47,453 nucleotides of DNA from a virus (lineage: Duplodnaviria; Heunggongvirae; Uroviricota; Caudoviricetes): IMG/VR virus record IMGVR_UViG_2778261248_000001. One strand, written 5' to 3'. The translations under genes were made by a program, and so were the position numbers. Below are positions 42,324 through 47,453 of the stretch, one piece after another. Numbering within the stretch: the first letter of the stretch is position 1; each line of letters begins with the position of its first letter. The notes beneath the pieces are model-generated. The model saw nothing but the letters and a program-made list of their open reading frames with translations, did not search any database and had not been told where the DNA came from.

Positions 42324-44726
42324 GTGAATATGGCAGTACAGATTTCAGGTGTGCTGAAAGACGGTGCAGGAAAACCGATACAGAACTGCACCATTCAGCT
42401 CAAAGCAAAACGTAACAGCACCACGGTTGTGGTAAACACGGTGGCCTCAGAAAATCCGGATGAAGCCGGGCGTTACAGTATGGATGTTGAGTATGGCCAG
42501 TACAGCGTTATCCTGCTGGTTGAAGGTTTTCCGCCTTCACATGCCGGGACCATCACCGTGTATGAAGATTCTAAGCCGGGGACGCTGAATGATTTTCTCG
42601 GTGCCATGACGGAAGATGATGTCATGCCGGAGGCATTGCGTCGTTTTGAGGAAATGGTGGAAGAAGCGGCACGCAACGCTGAAGCCGCCTCTCAGAGCGC
42701 AGCGGCGGCAAAGAAATCCGAAACTGCAGCGGCATCATCGAAGAACGCGGCGAAAACCTCAGAAACGAATGCAGCTAATAGTGCACAGGCGGCAGCGACC
42801 TCAAAGACTGCATCGGCAAACTCCGCGACAGCAGCCAAAAAATCAGAAACCAACGCGAAAAATAGCGAGACAGCCGCAAAGACGAGCGAAACCAACGCAA
42901 AGTCCAGCCAGACGGCAGCGAAAACCAGCGAAACGAATGCCAAAGCCAGTGAAACTGCGGCAAAAAACAGCCAGGTTGCAGCAGCCCAAAGCGAGAGCGC
43001 GGCAGCCGGTTCTGCGACTTCAGCAGCTGGATCAGCAACTGCTGCGGCTAACAGCCAGAAAGCTGCGAAGACGAGTGAAACTAACGCAAAGTCCAGCCAG
43101 ACGGCAGCGAAGACCAGCGAAACGAATGCCAAAGCCAGCGAAACTGCGGCGAAAAACAGTCAGGATGCAGCAGCCCAAAGCGAGAGTGCTGCAGCTGGTT
43201 CTGCAAGCGCGGCGGCTGCTTCTGCCACTGCATCAGCCAACAGTCAAAAAGCAGCAAAAACCAGTGAAACCAATGCAAAGACAAGCGAGACTGCAGCGGC
43301 GAACTCGGCGAAAGCATCGGCAGCAAGCCAGACAGCAGCTAAAGCAAGTGAAGACGCAGCCAGAGAGTATGCAAGTCAGGCAGCAGAGCCGTATAAATAT
43401 GTCTTACAGCCACTGCCTGATGTGTGGATACCGTTTAACGATTCACTGGATATGATTACGGGCTTTTCGCCGTCATATAAAAAAATTGTTATTGGTGATG
43501 ATGAAATAACGATGCCTGGCGACAAGGTTGTTAAGTTTAAACGCGCATCAACTGCCACATATATCAATAAATCAGGCGTATTTAGTGTTGCTAAAATTGA
43601 TGAGCCACGATTTGAAAAAGAAGGTTTATTGATTGAAGGACAGCGCACTAACTATTTTGTTAAATCCAATACTCCCGCTGAATGGACGAGTACCAGCAAT
43701 ATCGATAAAACTAATAATGGTGTTGATGAATTTGGTTTTTCATATGCCAAAATGCGAACAAAAGATAATATGACAGGACAATCATCTGCACTTAGTCTGC
43801 ATACATGCAGTGCATCCCGGGGGATTGATGTTAGTGGCGATAATAAGTATTGCACTGTTTCATGCAGGGTTAAAGCTCCTGATGGTCTTCGTTGTCGTTT
43901 GCGTTTTGAAAAATACGATGGGTCGGTTTATACATTTTTAGGAGATGCTTATTTAACTTTCGGAACTCTGATAATAGAAAAAACTGGCGGAGCAGCCAAT
44001 AGAATAGCAGCTACTGCAACTAAAGATCCGGTTACAGGGTGGATTTTCTATGAGGCAACTATAGAAGCTGTTGAAGGTGAAACCTTAATTGGCGCAATGA
44101 TTCAGTATGCGCCGAAAAAAGGTGGTATAACTGAAGCGGGAGATTATATTTACCTTGCAACACCACAATTTGAAAACGGCGGATGTGCTTCATCTTTTGT
44201 TATTACGACAACTGCACCCGCAACCCGCTCCAGTGATATGGTGACGATCCCAACTGAAAATAATATCTATAATAGACCGCTTACGTGTCTTGTCGAGGTT
44301 AATAGAAATTGGGGCGATATTCCTCCTAATGTAGCACCGCGTATTTTTGATTTTTCTGGTGTGCCACCTATTGAGTCAATTACATACGCTTTTAACACAA
44401 CTGAGAAATATTACGGTCAGCTTTATATGCAAACTTATAAAGCGTCGACAAGTACTTACGTTTCTAGTGTGTTTGCTGGTCGAACTGATGTTCGAAAATT
44501 CATTGGTGGTTTTAATATTTATTCTGATGGTACTAAACGAGTAGTTTCTAACGGTGAGGCTACTAAAACTATGAAAACGGAGTGGACGGGCGTAAAAACA
44601 CGGACCTTTATTCGAATTGGAGGTCAAGCCACATCGGGAACTCGTCATCTATTCGGCCATTTGAGAAATCTTCGTCTCTGGCATAAAGAATTAACTGATG
44701 CGCAAATGGGGGGGAGTATTAAATGA
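42324..44726 (+). CDS. stf: Side tail fibre protein: lambda Stf-like N-terminus and repeats, divergent AT-rich distal domain
   Basis: 800 aa; N-terminus MAVQISGVLKDGAGKPIQNCTIQLKAKRNSTTVVVNTV... lambda Stf-like; Ser/Ala/Thr-rich repeats; composition shifts to AT-rich from about 43380. Confidence 0.8.
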   Translation: MNMAVQISGVLKDGAGKPIQNCTIQLKAKRNSTTVVVNTVASENPDEAGRYSMDVEYGQYSVILLVEGFPPSHAGTITVYEDSKPGTLNDFLGAMTEDDVMPEALRRFEEMVEEAARNAEAASQSAAAAKKSETAAASSKNAAKTSETNAANSAQAAATSKTASANSATAAKKSETNAKNSETAAKTSETNAKSSQTAAKTSETNAKASETAAKNSQVAAAQSESAAAGSATSAAGSATAAANSQKAAKTSETNAKSSQTAAKTSETNAKASETAAKNSQDAAAQSESAAAGSASAAAASATASANSQKAAKTSETNAKTSETAAANSAKASAASQTAAKASEDAAREYASQAAEPYKYVLQPLPDVWIPFNDSLDMITGFSPSYKKIVIGDDEITMPGDKVVKFKRASTATYINKSGVFSVAKIDEPRFEKEGLLIEGQRTNYFVKSNTPAEWTSTSNIDKTNNGVDEFGFSYAKMRTKDNMTGQSSALSLHTCSASRGIDVSGDNKYCTVSCRVKAPDGLRCRLRFEKYDGSVYTFLGDAYLTFGTLIIEKTGGAANRIAATATKDPVTGWIFYEATIEAVEGETLIGAMIQYAPKKGGITEAGDYIYLATPQFENGGCASSFVITTTAPATRSSDMVTIPTENNIYNRPLTCLVEVNRNWGDIPPNVAPRIFDFSGVPPIESITYAFNTTEKYYGQLYMQTYKASTSTYVSSVFAGRTDVRKFIGGFNIYSDGTKRVVSNGEATKTMKTEWTGVKTRTFIRIGGQATSGTRHLFGHLRNLRLWHKELTDAQMGGSIK
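42875..43270 (+). repeat. 180-bp tandem duplication inside stf (60-aa repeat), plus partial third copy
   Basis: 42875-43054 and 43055-43234 are near-identical (protein AKTSETNAKSSQTAAKTSETNAKASETAAKNSQ...). Confidence 0.6.
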
Positions 44727-45004
44727 AAGATTTAACACTCAAATTTGCAGACAGGGCCGACTTTTCGGCCTTTATGGAGAGCATTGGCTATTATGATGAC
44801 GAGTCGATGCAGGATGATATTCTTATTGACGTGATAGGTAATGTGTACAAAGAAACCGGAGAACTTACTGAAGATGGCGAGCCGGTATGTGTTAAGGAGG
44901 ACGGATATTTTGTAAATGTGCGCATCATTAATGATTCGCAAATATCGTCATTATTCGATGAACACGCGGTTGCTGTTGAGCATCAACTCCGTAGCTGGAT
45001 GTGA
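44723..45004 (+). CDS. Small acidic hypothetical protein (93 aa) downstream of stf
   Basis: ATGA overlap with stf stop; AT-rich; no recognisable motif. Confidence 0.4.
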   Translation: MKDLTLKFADRADFSAFMESIGYYDDESMQDDILIDVIGNVYKETGELTEDGEPVCVKEDGYFVNVRIINDSQISSLFDEHAVAVEHQLRSWM

Positions 45005-45013
45005 GGAAGAAAA

Positions 45014-45718
45014 ATGGCTACATCGACAGTAATTCCTGATGACATCAAAACGCTAAAGGGAGATGTCAGTAAGGCAAAGGAAGATATTTCCTCAATTAAC
45101 GTAAAAGTATCAACGCTTCAGACTGATATGGACAGTGCAAAGCAGGATATCAGTACCAGATACACAAAAACAGAAGTGGATAATAAGCTGAAAAACAAAG
45201 TGGAAGTGAACGATCTGGAAAGTGGTCGTTATGGCGGAGATTTTTACCCGCTGACTGGCCGTGAAGCGTTTTATTTATGGGGATTGGGCACAACTACAGC
45301 GGCGGCAAATCTTTATCTTAATCCTGACCCTGCAATTTCGTCTGTGCTGCGGTCAACATCGTCTATCCGCTATAAACATTCAGTAGAGACGATAGATTCA
45401 GAGCACGCCGATCTCATTTTCAGGATGCGCCCTGTGTGGTACAGGTCGCAATGCGAAAATGACAGGCGTGACTGGGGATTCTATGGATTGATTGCCGAGG
45501 AAGTAGGAGAAATTGCCCCTCAGTTTGTTCACTGGCGACCAGCCAACGAAGATGATGCACCGGAAACCATTTCCAGCAATGGCCTTGTTGCCGAAGGTGT
45601 AATGTACGAACGTCTGGTTGTTCCACTGATTCACCATATCCAGAAACTGACTGAAAGAGTTGATGAACTTGAGTCAGAATTGAAGTTGTTATCAACTTCC
45701 CAAAGCGATATCGGATAA
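45014..45718 (+). CDS. Short tail-fibre-like protein with C-terminal intramolecular chaperone (endosialidase-chaperone / peptidase S74-like) domain
   Basis: 234 aa; N-terminal coiled coil; C-terminal SSIRYKHS...RPVWYRSQ...WGFYGLIAEEVGEIAPQFV...LVVPLIHHIQKL resembles the autoproteolytic chaperone domain of phage fibres. Confidence 0.5.
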   Translation: MATSTVIPDDIKTLKGDVSKAKEDISSINVKVSTLQTDMDSAKQDISTRYTKTEVDNKLKNKVEVNDLESGRYGGDFYPLTGREAFYLWGLGTTTAAANLYLNPDPAISSVLRSTSSIRYKHSVETIDSEHADLIFRMRPVWYRSQCENDRRDWGFYGLIAEEVGEIAPQFVHWRPANEDDAPETISSNGLVAEGVMYERLVVPLIHHIQKLTERVDELESELKLLSTSQSDIG

Positions 45719-45728
45719 AGGAGGAGTA

Positions 45729-46022
45729 ATGGATATAACACCTTTTCTTCATGCGCTTTGTGCTGTGGCTGCGCAGGTAATGATTGGTCTTTTTACCGGA
45801 AACTGGGTTTACGGGGCGATAGCCGGTTGTACGTTCTTCATTGCGCGTGAACACACCCAGGCAGAATATCGCTGGATTGAAATGTTCGGGCATGGCAAGC
45901 GGATTAACATGCCGTGGTGGGGCGGTTTTGATCCGCGTGTTTGGGATGTGGCAAGCCTGATAGATTTTGCTGTGCCGGTGGTGGCGTGTCTGCTGGTCTG
46001 GCTGTTGGTTAATCGTGGGTGA
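45729..46022 (+). CDS. Small membrane protein (about three TM segments), hypothetical
   Basis: 97 aa, hydrophobic stretches at N-terminus, middle and C-terminus; AGGAG SD upstream. Confidence 0.4.
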   Translation: MDITPFLHALCAVAAQVMIGLFTGNWVYGAIAGCTFFIAREHTQAEYRWIEMFGHGKRINMPWWGGFDPRVWDVASLIDFAVPVVACLLVWLLVNRG

Positions 46023-46032
46023 AAAAAGGTGA

Positions 46033-46152
46033 GCTGTATATGCAACGGAGGAAGAAACCCCGTTGCTGGAAGCCTGGAAAAAGTATCGGGTGTTGCTGAA
46101 CCGTGTTGATACGTCAACTGCACAGGATATTGAATGGCCAGCACGGCCGTAG
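46033..46152 (+). pseudogene. tfa: 3'-terminal remnant of a tail fibre assembly (Tfa) gene
   Basis: Open frame without start encodes ...[34 protein letters not shown]-stop, the conserved Tfa C-terminal motif; the N-terminal majority of the gene is missing. Confidence 0.6.
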
Positions 46153-46249
46153 GGTAAAACATATAAATTCTATAATTAGATGTATCTTTCCATTTACGGC
46201 AAGGAAGGGGGCTTGGAAGACGTAAAGCATCTCACACCGAGATTATTTT

Positions 46250-46840
46250 TTATATGTCAGGTGTCTGAAGTTTTGCTTTGGCTCTTAAAATGGTTTGCCG
46301 CGAGGTTTTGAATTCCCGGGCAATGGCACTTATACTTACACCTGACTTAATTCGTTCGAATACCACCTGTTTCTGTTCTTCATTTAACACAGGTGGTCGA
46401 CCAAAACGTTTCCCTGCGCCCCGGGCTCTTACTATCCCGGAATGAGTGCGTTCAAGTAAAAGGTCTCGTTCAAATTCAGCGACTGCTGAAATTACTTGCA
46501 TCATCATTTTTCCTGTTGGACTGGTCAGGTCAATGCCCCCCAATGCTAAGCAATGCACTCTGATACCTGTTTCGGTCAGTTGTTCCACTGTTTTCCTGAT
46601 ATCCATTGCATTACAACCAAGGCGATCCAGTTTTGTCACAATCAATTGATCACCACATTTCAGGCGAGCAAGCAACCGGTTAAAACCAGGACGCTCACTG
46701 GTTGCTGCTGAGCCGCTAATGTGTTCTTCGATTATTTGCTGAGGTTTGATTTTAAAACCTGCACTTTCGATTTCCCGGCGTTGATTTTCGGTGGTCTGAT
46801 CCAGAGTTGATATCCGACAGTAAGCAAAAATTCGAGACAT
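46250..46840 (-). CDS. pin: Serine recombinase, Pin/Gin/Hin-type DNA invertase
   Basis: 196 aa; N-terminal catalytic [15 protein letters not shown] (active-site Ser), C-terminal HTH; same family as prophage Pin invertases. Confidence 0.85.
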
Positions 46841-46928
46841 AGTGAGACTCTATACGAAATTGGTGTACATATCATAATGCATATCCAAAAATTATTTCGC
46901 TTATTATTGCACATATTTGTATGTATAC

Positions 46929-47027
46929 GTTCGAAAATAAACAAATTCGGATGCAGTCCCGTAATTTTGGTGTAACCCAAAATCGATTTTTTGAAAAATG
47001 GCTTTAACTCGGTTTGTTTTTCGAACT
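46929..47027. repeat. Imperfect inverted repeats upstream of pin (TTCGAAAATAAACAAA / TTTGTTTTTCGAA)
   Basis: 46929-46952 and reverse complement of 47006-47027 share TTCGAAAA..AAACAAA; contains AAACCGAG resembling gix/hix half-site sequence. Confidence 0.3.
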
Positions 47028-47219
47028 CCGGGCGGACTCGAGAAAGACGAATAATAGTGTTGTATGTTGTTTTAGCCAGATTTCAATTTGTTTGGTCTTG
47101 GAAAAGTGGAGCAAAAAGTTGTTAAAGTGGAAAAATGGTAAAAAAGTAGGTTGTTGCGGCATAACGTAGTTGTTGATATTTTTTAATGCATTGAAAAATT
47201 ATTTTTCAGGGGGTGTTTA

Positions 47220-47453
47220 TTACACTTTACCATTTAAATTTTGGTTGTCTTTAAGAACTGATATCGCTGTTTGTAATAATTCTTTGTTATCCAGCCATGA
47301 CTTTTTCTTTATGTTTCCTTCAATGTAATCAAGCAATGTTCTGGTATTGATAGGTCTTCCCTGTTTTGCCACTTCCACGACAGCATCTCCCAGGATAATT
47401 CTGACTTCAGGAAGCTGCGCGGGGAACCACTTTAGGGTGTCTTTTGATTTCAT
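47220..47453 (-). CDS. ydfK: YdfK/YnaE-like small prophage protein
   Basis: 77 aa, MKSKDTLKWFPAQLPEVRIILGDAVVEVAKQGRPINTRTLLDY...; start codon is the last three bases of the window. Confidence 0.7.
   Translation of the reverse strand: MKSKDTLKWFPAQLPEVRIILGDAVVEVAKQGRPINTRTLLDYIEGNIKKKSWLDNKELLQTAISVLKDNQNLNGKV

Noticed and set aside
42616-43455. 279-aa plus-strand alternative-frame ORF within stf (Arg/Lys/Gln-rich)
   Set aside because: Produced by the repetitive GC-rich repeat region read out of frame; the in-frame Stf translation matches lambda Stf.

Overview
The window is almost entirely one lambdoid prophage, inserted into the 5' end of host prfC (a truncated prfC start at 91-165 is followed directly by a P4-type tyrosine integrase). 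All identifications below come from reading the sequence and ORF translations and from recalled family knowledge; no database search was run. Order, left to right: attL side and int (+); an AT-rich orphan gene for a 338-aa membrane/coiled-coil protein (-); xis-like gene and a leftward early operon (two DUF551-type proteins, HD hydrolase, YfdQ-like, YfdP-like); a roughly 600-bp GC-rich leader with no ORF but strong dyad symmetries; cI-like S24 repressor (-) and divergent cro-like gene (+) with palindromic operators; a rightward operon (replication initiator with iteron-like repeats, phage Dam methyltransferase, RusA, KilA-N protein, DUF968-like protein, Q antiterminator); an AT-rich late region resembling the E. 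coli Qin prophage (cspF/cspB/cspI-like cold-shock genes, S21-type pinholin, endolysin, Rz/Rz1, gnsB-like); a lambda-type cos site; and a complete lambda-like head and tail module Nu1-A-W-B-C/Nu3-D-E-FI-FII-Z-U-V-G/T-H-M-L-K-I-J. Two AT-rich insertions interrupt the tail module: a lipoprotein gene between I and J, and a replaced distal tail-fibre region (mosaic stf, a short fibre-like protein with an intramolecular-chaperone domain, a small membrane protein, and a leftover tfa 3' fragment) followed by a Pin-type invertase and a ydfK-like gene at the window edge. I found no rRNA, tRNA, CRISPR array or stx-like toxin gene. The best candidates for something undescribed are the integrase-adjacent orphan membrane protein, the I-J lipoprotein insertion and the tail-fibre cassette; none carries a motif I can tie to a known function, so they are hypotheses.
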